Positions 8,275-17,369 of a DNA stretch of 64,000 bases are shown here, one piece after another. The notes under the pieces were generated by a model. The model searched no databases, had not been told where the DNA came from, and worked only from the letters and a program-made list of their open reading frames with translations. Each line of letters begins with the position of its first letter. Position 1 is the first letter of the stretch. The translations under genes were made by a program, and so were the position numbers. Source of the stretch: Elusimicrobiota bacterium (GTDB taxonomy: Bacteria > Elusimicrobiota > UBA8919); NCBI GenBank assembly GCA_040757695.1, contig JBFLWK010000004.1, positions 11,574 through 75,573 of the forward strand. Reading direction: 5' to 3'.

Positions 8275-8562
8275 ATGGACAAAAAACTGGGCTGGAAAGA
8301 ATTACCAGAAGGCGATATTTTAGAAGCAGGCACAGCAAAAAATTTTAAAACAGGTGACTGGCGTAGTTCAAGACCAGTATACAATCCTGAAAAATGTATT
8401 CAGTGTTTTATCTGCTGGATAAACTGTCCTGATTCGTCAATAATTGTGAAAGATGGCAAAGTCGTTGGGATTGATTACGAGCACTGCAAGGGCTGTGGTA
8501 TCTGTGCAAAAGAATGTCCGCCGAAAGCATCCGCGATAACGATGGAAGCGGAAAAAAAATGA
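8275..8562 (+). CDS. porD: pyruvate:ferredoxin oxidoreductase delta subunit (2x[4Fe-4S])
   Basis: CIQCFICWINCP and CKGCGICAKECP. Confidence 0.9.
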   Translation: MDKKLGWKELPEGDILEAGTAKNFKTGDWRSSRPVYNPEKCIQCFICWINCPDSSIIVKDGKVVGIDYEHCKGCGICAKECPPKASAITMEAEKK

Positions 8563-8582
8563 AAAAATTAAAGAGGTAATTT

Positions 8583-9755
8583 ATGAAAACAATAAAAACT
8601 GGCAACGAGGCGATGGCGGAAGCAATGCGGCAGATAAATCCTGATGTTGTAGCAGCATACCCGATTACACCTGCAACTGAAATTGTTATGATTTTTTCGC
8701 AGTTTGTTGCAGACGGGCTTGTGGATACCGAATACATAGCGGTTGAATCGGAACATTCTGCGATGTCTGCATGTATCGGCGCTTCTGCGGCAGGCGCCCG
8801 GGTTATGACATCTACTTCTTCACAGGGACTTGCCTTGATGTATGAAATGCTCTATATTGCTGCTGGGTTGCGATTGCCAATTGTTATTGCAGAAGTTAAC
8901 CGTGCGTTATCTTCACCTATAAATATACACGGTGACCACTCGGATACAATGGGTGCGCGGGATAGTGGCTGGATACAACTTTTTTCAGAAAATTCGCAGG
9001 AAGCATACGACAACATAATACAAGCAGTAAAAATTGCAGAAACAGCCAAACTACCTGTTATGGTCACTACCGACGGATTTATAATCAGTCATTGCACAGA
9101 AGTTATTGAAATGGTTTCAGACGACGAAGTTAAAAAATTTGTCGGTGCCTACAAGCCAGCAAGATTTTTGCTTGATATAAAAAATCCGTATACACTTGGT
9201 GCGATTGACTTACAGGATTATTATTTTGAACATAAGCGTCAGGAAGCAGAAGCAATGAGAAATGCGGGCAAAATAATTCTGGATGTTGCCGCGGATTTTG
9301 ATAAAAAATTCGGACGCAAGTACGAATTTTTTGAGAAATATAAACTTGACGATGCTGAGATTGCCGTTGTATGTATGGGTTCTGCTTCCGGCACAACAAA
9401 GGTTGTTGTTGATGAATTACGGTCTAAAGGAATAAAAGCGGGCTTGTTAAAACTGCGGGTATTCAGACCGTTCCCGTATAACGAAATTATAAAAGAACTT
9501 TCAAGTGTGAATGCTCTGGCTGTGCTTGACCGTTCGGATACCTTTTCCGCTTACAGCGGTCCGCTTTTTACCGAAATCACCTCTTCGCTCTATACATCTC
9601 TCAACTCTAAACTCCTAACTCTAAACTATATTTACGGTTTAGGCGGAAGAGATATAAGTACCGAACAAATAAAATCGGTTTTTGACGATTTGGCAAAAAT
9701 TTCACAGACAAAAAAAGTTGAAAATCTCATAAATTACATTGGAGTAAGAGAATAA
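8583..9755 (+). CDS. porA: pyruvate:ferredoxin oxidoreductase alpha subunit
   Basis: GNEAMAEA...AAYPITPATEI N-terminus, 390 aa. Confidence 0.9.
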   Translation: MKTIKTGNEAMAEAMRQINPDVVAAYPITPATEIVMIFSQFVADGLVDTEYIAVESEHSAMSACIGASAAGARVMTSTSSQGLALMYEMLYIAAGLRLPIVIAEVNRALSSPINIHGDHSDTMGARDSGWIQLFSENSQEAYDNIIQAVKIAETAKLPVMVTTDGFIISHCTEVIEMVSDDEVKKFVGAYKPARFLLDIKNPYTLGAIDLQDYYFEHKRQEAEAMRNAGKIILDVAADFDKKFGRKYEFFEKYKLDDAEIAVVCMGSASGTTKVVVDELRSKGIKAGLLKLRVFRPFPYNEIIKELSSVNALAVLDRSDTFSAYSGPLFTEITSSLYTSLNSKLLTLNYIYGLGGRDISTEQIKSVFDDLAKISQTKKVENLINYIGVRE

Positions 9756-9761
9756 AAATCT

Positions 9762-10682
9762 ATGGCTAACTTAAAGGAACTGTCAAAAAAAGAGGAACTG
9801 TTTACCGGTGGGCATCGGCTGTGTTCAGGTTGTGGCGCTGGAATTGTTGCCAGACAGGTTTTAATTGCCTGTGAGAAACCTGTTGTTATTGCTAATGCTA
9901 CTGGCTGTCTTGAAGTTGCAACAACTATTTTTCCATATACGGCGTGGAAAGTACCATGGTTTCATTCTGCATTTGAAAATGCTGCCGCTACAATTGCCGG
10001 GATAGAAGCCGCATATAATGCATTAAAAAAGAAAGGAAAAATTACCGAAGAGATAAACTTTATTGCATTCGGCGGTGATGGTGGAACTTACGATATCGGA
10101 CTTCAAGCACTTTCAGGTGCGATGGAACGCGGACATCGGATTCTTTATATCTGCTACAATAACGAAGCATATATGAATACTGGAATTCAGCGGTCTTCTG
10201 CAACGCCGAAAGGTGCAAATACGACAACTGCGCCATCTGGTAAGAGATCAACTGGTAAAATTCAGGCAAGAAAGGACTTAACTGCGATTATGGTAGCACA
10301 TAATATTCCATATGTCGCACAGACAACCTTGAGTTTCCATAATGATTTGATTCCCAAAGTTCAGAAAGCACTTGCTGTTGATGGACCTTCGTTTATGAAT
10401 ATACTTCAGCCCTGCCGACTTGGTTGGGGCTATCCGCCAGAAGATACGATTCGCATGGGACGGCTTGCAGCCGATACTTGTATCTGGCCAATTTACGAAG
10501 TTGAAAACGGGCTCTACAAACTTAATTACAAGCCAAAAGAGAAAAATCCGGTTACCGAATGGCTGAAACCACAGAACAGATTCAAACATCTTTTTTCACC
10601 CGGAAACGAAGAAATTATAAAACAACTACAGGAAGATGTAGACAAAAACTGGGAAAAAATTCTTTCCAATTGTAACACGTAG
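9762..10682 (+). CDS. porB: pyruvate:ferredoxin oxidoreductase beta subunit (TPP-binding)
   Basis: CSGCGAGI and GGDGGTYDIGLQALSGA motifs. Confidence 0.9.
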   Translation: MANLKELSKKEELFTGGHRLCSGCGAGIVARQVLIACEKPVVIANATGCLEVATTIFPYTAWKVPWFHSAFENAAATIAGIEAAYNALKKKGKITEEINFIAFGGDGGTYDIGLQALSGAMERGHRILYICYNNEAYMNTGIQRSSATPKGANTTTAPSGKRSTGKIQARKDLTAIMVAHNIPYVAQTTLSFHNDLIPKVQKALAVDGPSFMNILQPCRLGWGYPPEDTIRMGRLAADTCIWPIYEVENGLYKLNYKPKEKNPVTEWLKPQNRFKHLFSPGNEEIIKQLQEDVDKNWEKILSNCNT

Positions 10683-10855
10683 AGAACCAGATAAACCACT
10701 GAGGCCACAGAATTCACTGAAAAATGTCATTCCCGAATGCCTCTGTCAGGAATCTATTCCGTTTTGCCGACTGTCGTGCCACAGGTCATGCCTGAGGCAG
10801 ATTCGCCGTGGCGAACAGATCCGTCTCTGGCGGGAAGTCGGGTATAAATCTTTTT
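10683..10855. repeat. mosaic of repeat modules between convergent porB and hypE
   Basis: CCACAGAA-type units, the 45-nt core, and an expanded twin-hairpin module (10771-10833). Confidence 0.75.
10715..10759 (+). repeat. 45-nt conserved core, partner of 5758-5802
   Basis: CACTGAAAAATGTCATTCCCGAATGCCTCTGTCAGGAATCTATTC. Contains hairpin ATTCCCGA...TC(A/G)GGAAT. Confidence 0.9.
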
Positions 10856-11881
10856 CTAACAAATGCGTGGAAGTTGGTCGCTTTCTAACATTTGTAAAAT
10901 TCGGGTTCCACCGATTTTTGTTTTTAAGAATACACCTTTTGGATAGGGTACAACTTTGCCGATGATTTTTGCGTGTTTGCCAAGCGGATGTTTTTTCATT
11001 ACTGATAGGATTTGTTCTGCATCTTTTTTGCTGACAATTGCGACAAGTTTGCCTTCGTTTGCAATATAAAGCGGGTCTAATCCAAGCAATGCACAGGCAG
11101 ATTCTACCGGTTTTTTTAATGGAATTGTTGATTCCTCAATTTCTATTCCAACATTTGATTGTTCTGCAATCTCGTTAAGTGCTGTTGCCAGCCCGCCTCG
11201 TGTTGGGTCACGCATCGCATGAATCCCAGACCCGCATACTTTAATCATTTTTTCTACAAGGTTGTTCAGTGGTGCTATGTCGCTTTTTAATTCGCATCTG
11301 CCACATCTCAATCCAAGTTTCTGCCGAGCATTCAGCACTGCAATCCCGTGGTCGCCGATAGTGCCTGAAAGTATCACAATATCATTCAATTTAGCATTAT
11401 GTCCTGAAATATCTATTTTTTTGTCAGCGATACCAATCCCGGAAGTATTTATAAAAATCTCATCACAGGCACCTTTCTCTACTACCTTTGTATCACCACA
11501 TACGATTTTTACACCGGATTTCTTGGCTGTTTCTGCAATAGATACGACAATTTGTTCAAGTTTGTCAACCTGTAGACCATCCTCTAATATAAACGAAAGC
11601 GAAATATAAAGTGGTCTTGCACCCAGCATAGATAAATCGTTTATTGTTCCACATATTGAAAGTTTCCCAATATCGCCACCTGGAAAAAAAATCGGTTTTA
11701 TAACATATGAGTCAGTAGTAAAAACGAGATTGTAGATTGCAGATTGCAGATTGCAGATTGCCGAATCGTCAAGCCGGTTTAATATTGGGTTACCCAAATT
11801 TTGTAGAAAAATATTTTTGATTAAACGATGTGTTAATTTTCCGCCGGAACCATCTGCTAAACTAATTTTTTTAGTTTCCAT
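10856..11881 (-). CDS. hypE: hydrogenase maturation protein HypE
   Basis: AIR-synthase-like fold and C-terminal PRIC motif. Confidence 0.9.
   Translation of the reverse strand: METKKISLADGSGGKLTHRLIKNIFLQNLGNPILNRLDDSAICNLQSAIYNLVFTTDSYVIKPIFFPGGDIGKLSICGTINDLSMLGARPLYISLSFILEDGLQVDKLEQIVVSIAETAKKSGVKIVCGDTKVVEKGACDEIFINTSGIGIADKKIDISGHNAKLNDIVILSGTIGDHGIAVLNARQKLGLRCGRCELKSDIAPLNNLVEKMIKVCGSGIHAMRDPTRGGLATALNEIAEQSNVGIEIEESTIPLKKPVESACALLGLDPLYIANEGKLVAIVSKKDAEQILSVMKKHPLGKHAKIIGKVVPYPKGVFLKTKIGGTRILQMLESDQLPRIC
11727..11761. repeat. AGATTGC heptamer x5 inside hypE
   Basis: AGATTGT AGATTGC x4. Translated on the minus strand as ...AICNLQSAIYNL... Confidence 0.9.
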
Positions 11882-12947
11882 ATTTGTAATATGCTGCGCA
11901 GGTGCCTTCAGACGAGATCATACAAGGGCCGATTGGGTTTGATGGTGTACATTTTTTCCCGAAATAGCCACACTGGTTAGGTTTTGCAATACCGGTTAGT
12001 ATTTTTCCACACAAACATCCAGCGGGCTCTTTAGTATTTCTAACTTTTAGCCCGAATTTTTTAAATGTATCAAATCTCTGATATTTTTTTCTGAATTTTA
12101 AGCCGGAATTTTTTATGAGCCCGATTCCACGCCATTGAGAATCTGATGACTCAAATACACTATAAAGCAGTTTTACTGCATATAAATTCCCTTGCTCTTT
12201 TACACAGCGTTGATACTGAATCTCAATCTCAGGTTTAGCTCGTTTTATCTGATTGGCTATTAACATTATTCCTTCTAAAATGTCAGAAGGCTCAAAGCCG
12301 GTAATTACAGCAGGGATTCTGAATTTTTCAGCGATAAATCTGTATGGTTTTGAGCCGATAATTGTTGAAACATGACCGGGCAGAATAAAACCGTCTATCC
12401 TGGATACATTCTGTTCAAGGATTGCTGCTATAGCCGGCGGTATCAACTTAAAAGCAGATATTATTGAAAAGTTTTTGATATTTTGGTTTTCGGCAGTTTT
12501 CACAATAGCCGCAATCGTCGGTGATGTTGTCTCAAATCCAACACCGATAAAAACGATTTCTTTTTTCGGGTTTAGTAATGCAATTTGAATAGCATCTGTA
12601 CAAGAATAAACTATTCGTATATCACAGCCGGTTGATTTTTCTTTTTCAAGTGCTGATTTGCTACCAGGCACTCGCATCATATCGCCAAAAGTTGTAATAA
12701 TACAGCCAGTTTTGGCAAGTTCAATAGCAGCGTCAAGAATACCTGTTGGCGTTACGCAGACAGGGCAGCCAGGGCCGGAAAGCATATTTATATTTTGGGG
12801 TAGTAGTGCTTTTATACCGGAAGAAGCAATTGCCATTGTATGCGTTCCGCAGACCTCCATAATGTTTATTGCTTTTGAAAACGACTTGATTTCGGTGATA
12901 ATATTGTTCACTATGTAACAAATTCTATCGTCTGAAAAGTATAACAT
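11871..12947 (-). CDS. hypD: hydrogenase maturation protein HypD
   Basis: MEVCGTHT, GPGCPVCVTP and PCMISSEGTCAAYY motifs. Confidence 0.92.
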   Translation of the reverse strand: MLYFSDDRICYIVNNIITEIKSFSKAINIMEVCGTHTMAIASSGIKALLPQNINMLSGPGCPVCVTPTGILDAAIELAKTGCIITTFGDMMRVPGSKSALEKEKSTGCDIRIVYSCTDAIQIALLNPKKEIVFIGVGFETTSPTIAAIVKTAENQNIKNFSIISAFKLIPPAIAAILEQNVSRIDGFILPGHVSTIIGSKPYRFIAEKFRIPAVITGFEPSDILEGIMLIANQIKRAKPEIEIQYQRCVKEQGNLYAVKLLYSVFESSDSQWRGIGLIKNSGLKFRKKYQRFDTFKKFGLKVRNTKEPAGCLCGKILTGIAKPNQCGYFGKKCTPSNPIGPCMISSEGTCAAYYKYGN

Positions 12948-13000
12948 TTGCTATAGTTTGTCGTCTGTCAATTATTTTGTGATATAAACTTTGTCGTCTC

Positions 13001-13026
13001 AAAATGTAAGCATTTGCTTACATTTT
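13001..13026. repeat. perfect 12-bp-arm palindrome between hypC and hypD
   Basis: AAAATGTAAGCA TT TGCTTACATTTT, preceded by a direct repeat of TTTGTCGTCT. Confidence 0.85.
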
Positions 13027-13029
13027 GTA

Positions 13030-13239
13030 TCATAAAATTGTTTTGAATAATTCTATACGTTCTCGCGCATCTTTTATATCAAGCACCTGGATAGCAAAAC
13101 CAGCGTGGACGATTACATAATCGCCTGCTTTCGCTTCTGGTAAAAGGTCAATACTGACTTTTTTGTTTATACCGCCAAAATCTATATCAGCGATTTTATC
13201 TTCTATAGAAATAATTTTGCCAGGTATCGCTAAACACAT
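13030..13239 (-). CDS. hypC: hydrogenase assembly chaperone HypC
   Basis: MCLAIPGKI N-terminus, 69 aa. Confidence 0.9.
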   Translation of the reverse strand: MCLAIPGKIISIEDKIADIDFGGINKKVSIDLLPEAKAGDYVIVHAGFAIQVLDIKDARERIELFKTIL

Positions 13240-13301
13240 ATAAAAATTATATTAAATTATTGACAAAAAGTCAAAAAAATTGTTTAATAGTAAATCATAA
13301 A

Positions 13302-14036
13302 ATGCGAATTTTAATTTCAAACGATGACGGGTTATACGGAAAAGGGCTTAAGCCACTTGTTTCGGCAATGACAAAAGTTGGCGAGGTTTTTATTGTCGTC
13401 CCTAATTCGCAAATGAGCGCTGCAAGTCATTCAATAACACTCCACAAACCAATACGGCTTATCCTACACAAAAAAAATGTCTATACTGTGACAGGTACAC
13501 CTTCTGATTGTGTTAGGTTCGGTATTATCGGGATTTTAAAAGGCAATGTGGACATAGTTATTTCCGGCATAAACGACGGACCTAATCTTGGCGAGGATTG
13601 TATTTATTCCGGCACTGTCGCGGCTGCCCGAGAAGGTGCGATGCTCGGCTTTTTATCTGTTGCTGTTTCGCTTGTGCCTGACGGCAAAAACAATTTTGTT
13701 TCTGCCGCTAACTATATCTATAAAATAGTAAAAAAATCGCTAAAATTAAAAATACCAAGATACACTTTTTTAAACATAAATATTCCGGATACTGATAAAA
13801 TAAAAGGCATAAAGATAACAAAAATGGGAAAACGGATTTATAATGATGATATTGAAGAAAGAATTGACCCGCGTGGGTTCAAGTACTACTGGATTGCCGG
13901 GAAACGGCTTTCCGGTTATCCGATAAAAGATACTGATATCTCGGCTATAAACGAGAAGTATATATCTATAACCCCGCTTAAAGTTGACCAGACCGATTTG
14001 GCATACCTTGAAAGATTAAAAAAAATCAGTTTTTAG
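13302..14036 (+). CDS. surE: 5'/3'-nucleotidase SurE
   Basis: MRILISNDDG start and GINDGPNLGEDCIYSGTVAAAREG. Confidence 0.9.
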   Translation: MRILISNDDGLYGKGLKPLVSAMTKVGEVFIVVPNSQMSAASHSITLHKPIRLILHKKNVYTVTGTPSDCVRFGIIGILKGNVDIVISGINDGPNLGEDCIYSGTVAAAREGAMLGFLSVAVSLVPDGKNNFVSAANYIYKIVKKSLKLKIPRYTFLNINIPDTDKIKGIKITKMGKRIYNDDIEERIDPRGFKYYWIAGKRLSGYPIKDTDISAINEKYISITPLKVDQTDLAYLERLKKISF

Positions 14037-14077
14037 TTTTAGCCAAATAGTCTTTTTCAAGGAAATTATAAAACATT

Positions 14078-14181
14078 ACCACGAAAACACGAAAGTTAGA
14101 AAGCACGAAATTTAATCCCCACTTTAGTGGGCTGACTGAGGTCAGGTATAATAACTTTTTTTGTGATTTCGTGGTTTTACG
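14078..14181. repeat. 10-nt-periodic hairpin (CACGAAA units) with small hairpin core
   Basis: ACCACGAAAACACGAAAGTTAGAAAGCACGAAAT ... core CCCCACTTTAGTGGG / CTGACTGAGGTCAG ... TTGTGATTTCGTGGTTTTACG. Confidence 0.75.
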
Positions 14182-14189
14182 AAGTTTGC

Positions 14190-14218
14190 TTGACTTTTTT
14201 TATTTTTTTTGATATTAT
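14190..14218 (+). promoter_or_regulatory. sigma70-like promoter of the pilin-like operon
   Basis: TTGACT, 17-nt spacer, TATTAT. Confidence 0.55.
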
Positions 14219-14255
14219 TAAACAGCGAATTTAACGTATAGAAATTTTCTTTTTT

Positions 14256-14334
14256 GGACGCAGATGTTCACAGATTACGAAGATTATAAAAGTATAAATT
14301 TTAAATCTGTTTTTTTCTGCGAAAATCTGCGTCC
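14256..14334. repeat. CGCAGAT-type hairpin in the pilin operon leader
   Basis: GGACGCAGATGTTCACAGATTACG ... AAATCTGTTTTTTTCTGCGAAAATCTGCGTCC. Confidence 0.8.
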
Positions 14335-14347
14335 TATTAACTTGATT

Positions 14348-15049
14348 ATGCCTAAATCAGATAAAAAACAAGCCGATTATTGTAAAAAAAATAGTGGTTT
14401 TACCTATCTTGAGATTGTCTTGTTTCTTGCGCTGGTTTCTTATATTGTGATTACCTTTGCCCAGCTTATTATGAAGGTCAATGTAAGCGAAAAAACATCT
14501 CAGGATATGTCAGTTGCTTCAAATTTTGCACGCAGTCAATTAGAACAACTCCGTGCTACACCGTTCTATTTTATTGGTGAATCAAGCGGGACGTTTTTTG
14601 ATAATAATAAAAAATATGACTGGCTGGTTGAAGTATGGTTTATGACGGAAGAATTCGGGAAACTGGCAGTAGCACCTGATACCACCGATTTGAAAATGGC
14701 AAATGTCGTTCTGAAATGGTTTGATTCTGCAGGCGAAAAAACATATTCTATGTCATCGTTGTTTGCGAATTACAGTGGACTTAAATTCGGTAGCTGTTCA
14801 GTTTCCGGGCGTGTGACAACAACCGCTTCCGGTGGTATAGAGAATGGGTTTGTGGAGATACCCGGTACGATATTCAATACCTATACCGGATGTAATGGTG
14901 CGTACAAACTGAATTTTTTGCCTTCCGGCTCATTCAGGGTAGTCGCTTCCGGAGCGGGCTATCAGACAAAAGAAATCGTTGTTGAGAATCTCGGTTTTTC
15001 GGAAGCCAGAAACGATGTCAATTTTTTGCTTGCTAAAATTGAAAAATAA
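14348..15049 (+). CDS. type IV pilin-like protein with C-terminal carboxypeptidase-regulatory-like (CarboxypepD_reg) beta-sandwich
   Basis: Prepilin motif G/FTYLEIVLFLALV. VSGRVTT...GFVEIPGT...GAYKLNFLPSGSFRVVASGAGYQTKE. Confidence 0.7.
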   Translation: MPKSDKKQADYCKKNSGFTYLEIVLFLALVSYIVITFAQLIMKVNVSEKTSQDMSVASNFARSQLEQLRATPFYFIGESSGTFFDNNKKYDWLVEVWFMTEEFGKLAVAPDTTDLKMANVVLKWFDSAGEKTYSMSSLFANYSGLKFGSCSVSGRVTTTASGGIENGFVEIPGTIFNTYTGCNGAYKLNFLPSGSFRVVASGAGYQTKEIVVENLGFSEARNDVNFLLAKIEK

Positions 15050-15503
15050 AGGTTTTACATTGATAGAGGCGCTTCTGGCAGTTGTGTTTTTATCAATTAT
15101 TGGGACAGGTGTAATTTATTTTTTCAAAAATAGTTTTTATACTCTCTCTAAAACACAGGCGAATATCAATCTAAGAGACGAATCTGTAGCAGCATTTGAA
15201 AATTTGGTTAACGATTTGCGTCGGGCAGAAAGTTCTACAATTGTGATTGATAGATTTTCACAAAATTGTCCGCAGAACTCAATGGTTTTGTTTTCACTTT
15301 ATACATCAACTGAAAAAATTTCATACTACCAGAAAGGCTCAGCACTGTATATTAACCGACGAAATATAACCCAAAAACTTTGCGATAATCTCGTATCTGT
15401 TAAGTTTTCTTCTGCAAGTTATAAAACATATTCAATAGCAGCATACTTAAGCGATTCCAAAAATAATTTCAATTTTTCAACTGATGTATTTGTAAGAAAT
15501 TAG
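15015..15503 (+). CDS. type IV pilin/pseudopilin-like protein
   Basis: KNKG/FTLIEALLAVVFLSIIG prepilin cleavage-methylation motif. Confidence 0.75.
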   Translation: MSIFCLLKLKNKGFTLIEALLAVVFLSIIGTGVIYFFKNSFYTLSKTQANINLRDESVAAFENLVNDLRRAESSTIVIDRFSQNCPQNSMVLFSLYTSTEKISYYQKGSALYINRRNITQKLCDNLVSVKFSSASYKTYSIAAYLSDSKNNFNFSTDVFVRN

Positions 15504-15508
15504 GTAAT

Positions 15509-16642
15509 ATGAATAATCGCGGGTATTCAACATTTTTTTTGATTTTAGTTATGCTGGTGCTTTTAACTCTTAGTTCTTCAACAGTTTTTCTGACAGCAAA
15601 CAAAACTAAAAAAGATGTAAAAGTACGAATCGTATCACAAGCATTGGCGTTAGCGGAAGCAGGTATTGACCGCACAATCTGGAAACTGAAAGGCAATTTT
15701 GCGTTTTTGCCAACCCAAAAAATTGTCTATAATGATTTTGCATCGGGTGAAATAAAGGTAGAAGTAGAAAATATCGGCGCTAAGATCAAAATAGTTTCTG
15801 AAAGTAATTACCGTGGCGAAAAAGAAAAAATTGAAGCAATTATCGTCAGTTTATTCCCGACTGAAATGCAAAATGCACTGACCTCGTTTTCTAAACTGAA
15901 ACTGCTGACCGATAAAATAAAATGGGGAATCATATGTTCAGGCGGTGATATTTTTTTTGTAGACGAGTATATACCGACCGATATTCAAATATATTCTACT
16001 GGCTGTGGCTATATCGTGCCGTATACGAAATTAAATTCAAACGATTACAGATATTTTACAAATTTGCATTTTTACGGCGACCCCGAAGACAGTTTTGAAC
16101 CTGCTACATTCAAAAATATTAGCGGATTTTATAATGATTTTAACTGGAATATTCTTAAAGAAAAAGCCAAAGAAGCCGGCACATATTTCAACGGCAGTAT
16201 TCCACAACAAAAACTTTTAACAATGGATGCCACTGAAAAAGTGATTTTTGTAGATACTGTTGATGGTAAGGAGTTCAGTTTAAACAATTCGTCTAACTGG
16301 GCAGAGGTGGTTGTTGACTGCCCCGTTTTTCAAACGGGCTGTTTGATAATTATGGGAAATTTGACATTTATCGGTTCAGGCGGTGGCGCAGTTTCTATAA
16401 CAAATACTCAGACATCTGTCTACAAGTTTTTGGATAATGTTTTTTTCTCAGGTTTTATATTCTGCGCTGGCAAATTTTCAGTTGATGGTAATGGCAAGTT
16501 CTTTGGGTCTATTTCTGCCAATTCATTTGACGATAATAAAATACCGGAAATCTGGTATAATACAAACTTCAAATATCAGCCGATTCCTTGTTTTTCAGAT
16601 GCTGTAGCAATTGACTCCTGGCAAGAAATAAAACCCGAATAA
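15509..16642 (+). CDS. PilX-like/pseudopilin-associated protein
   Basis: N-terminal hydrophobic helix MNNRGYSTFFLILVMLVLLTL, as in minor pilins. No other family recognised. Confidence 0.5.
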   Translation: MNNRGYSTFFLILVMLVLLTLSSSTVFLTANKTKKDVKVRIVSQALALAEAGIDRTIWKLKGNFAFLPTQKIVYNDFASGEIKVEVENIGAKIKIVSESNYRGEKEKIEAIIVSLFPTEMQNALTSFSKLKLLTDKIKWGIICSGGDIFFVDEYIPTDIQIYSTGCGYIVPYTKLNSNDYRYFTNLHFYGDPEDSFEPATFKNISGFYNDFNWNILKEKAKEAGTYFNGSIPQQKLLTMDATEKVIFVDTVDGKEFSLNNSSNWAEVVVDCPVFQTGCLIIMGNLTFIGSGGGAVSITNTQTSVYKFLDNVFFSGFIFCAGKFSVDGNGKFFGSISANSFDDNKIPEIWYNTNFKYQPIPCFSDAVAIDSWQEIKPE

Positions 16643-16644
16643 AG

Positions 16645-16719
16645 ACACCGAACAGAGATACCGAATAACAACCGAATAATTCGCGTGTATTCGGTTAAAA
16701 TTCGTGTTGCATTCGTGAT
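16645..16719. repeat. 10-nt-periodic hairpin (ACCGAAT/ATTCGGT units)
   Basis: CACCGAACAGAGATACCGAATAACAACCGAATAATTCG CGTGTATTCGGTTAAAATTCGTGTTGCATTCGTG. Confidence 0.8.
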
Positions 16720-16721
16720 TT

Positions 16722-17339
16722 ATGAGAAAAGGATTTTTTATAACATTAGAAGGACCTGACGGCTGTGGGAAGACCACGCAATCCAAATTACTGATAAAAA
16801 AACTTGAAAAACTGGGGTTTGATATAGTGCATACACGCGAACCAGGCGGCACACTTTTTTCAGAAACAATCAGAAAAATTTTGCTGAACCCCAAAAACAG
16901 AATTTGCCCGCTTGCCGAACTTCTGTTTTACGAAGCCTGTCGGGCTCAACATACAAAAGAACTAATTCTGCCGGCTATTAAATCCGGCAAAATTGTAATC
17001 TGCGAACGCTATGCAGATGCATCGGTTGCATATCAGGGATTTGGCAGAGGGCTTGATATAGAAACAATTATGCAGTTGAACAAAATTGCAACAGATGGCT
17101 GTGAACCCGATTTAACTATCTATTTTGATGCAGATATAAAAAAAGGTCTTGCCCGTGCGCAGAAAAGAGGAAAAGACCGGCTTGAAAATGAGAATTATTT
17201 ATTCCATAAAAAAGTAAGAAACGGTTATAGGTGGCTTGCCAAAAAGTTCACGAACAGAATAAAAGAGATAAATGCTAGTGATACAATAGAAAATATAGCA
17301 ACAAAAGTTTTTGATATCGTTATCAAGAAAACTGCATAA
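16722..17339 (+). CDS. tmk: thymidylate kinase
   Basis: FITLEGPDGCGKTTQ P-loop and RYADASVAYQG. Confidence 0.92.
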   Translation: MRKGFFITLEGPDGCGKTTQSKLLIKKLEKLGFDIVHTREPGGTLFSETIRKILLNPKNRICPLAELLFYEACRAQHTKELILPAIKSGKIVICERYADASVAYQGFGRGLDIETIMQLNKIATDGCEPDLTIYFDADIKKGLARAQKRGKDRLENENYLFHKKVRNGYRWLAKKFTNRIKEINASDTIENIATKVFDIVIKKTA

Positions 17340-17369
17340 CCACGAATTAACACGAATAAACACTAATTT
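17326..17369 (+). repeat. 44-nt perfect copy of the acpS 3' end/terminal repeat (partner at 562-605)
   Basis: Identical 44-mer including KTA* of tmk. Confidence 0.9.

Noticed and set aside
9595-9627. AACTCTAAACT duplication inside porA as another inserted repeat
   Set aside because: There are only two 11-nt copies with a 3-nt spacer in a region that is variable among PorA proteins anyway. The evidence is too weak to separate from chance in AT-rich DNA.
13240-13301. Divergent hypC/surE promoter (TTGACA at 13260-13265)
   Set aside because: The -35 is good, but the best -10 candidates (TTTAAT/TAATAG) are weak and their spacing is ambiguous. It was not listed as a feature.
14264-14347. 5' extensions of ORFs in the supplied track (14264, 550, 1723, 2169, 5833, 20534, 25333, 35912, 42857, 34321, 56850)
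   Set aside because: The extensions read through repeat hairpins or the preceding gene, lack SD sequences and add non-homologous residues. Internal ATGs with SDs match the family N-termini.
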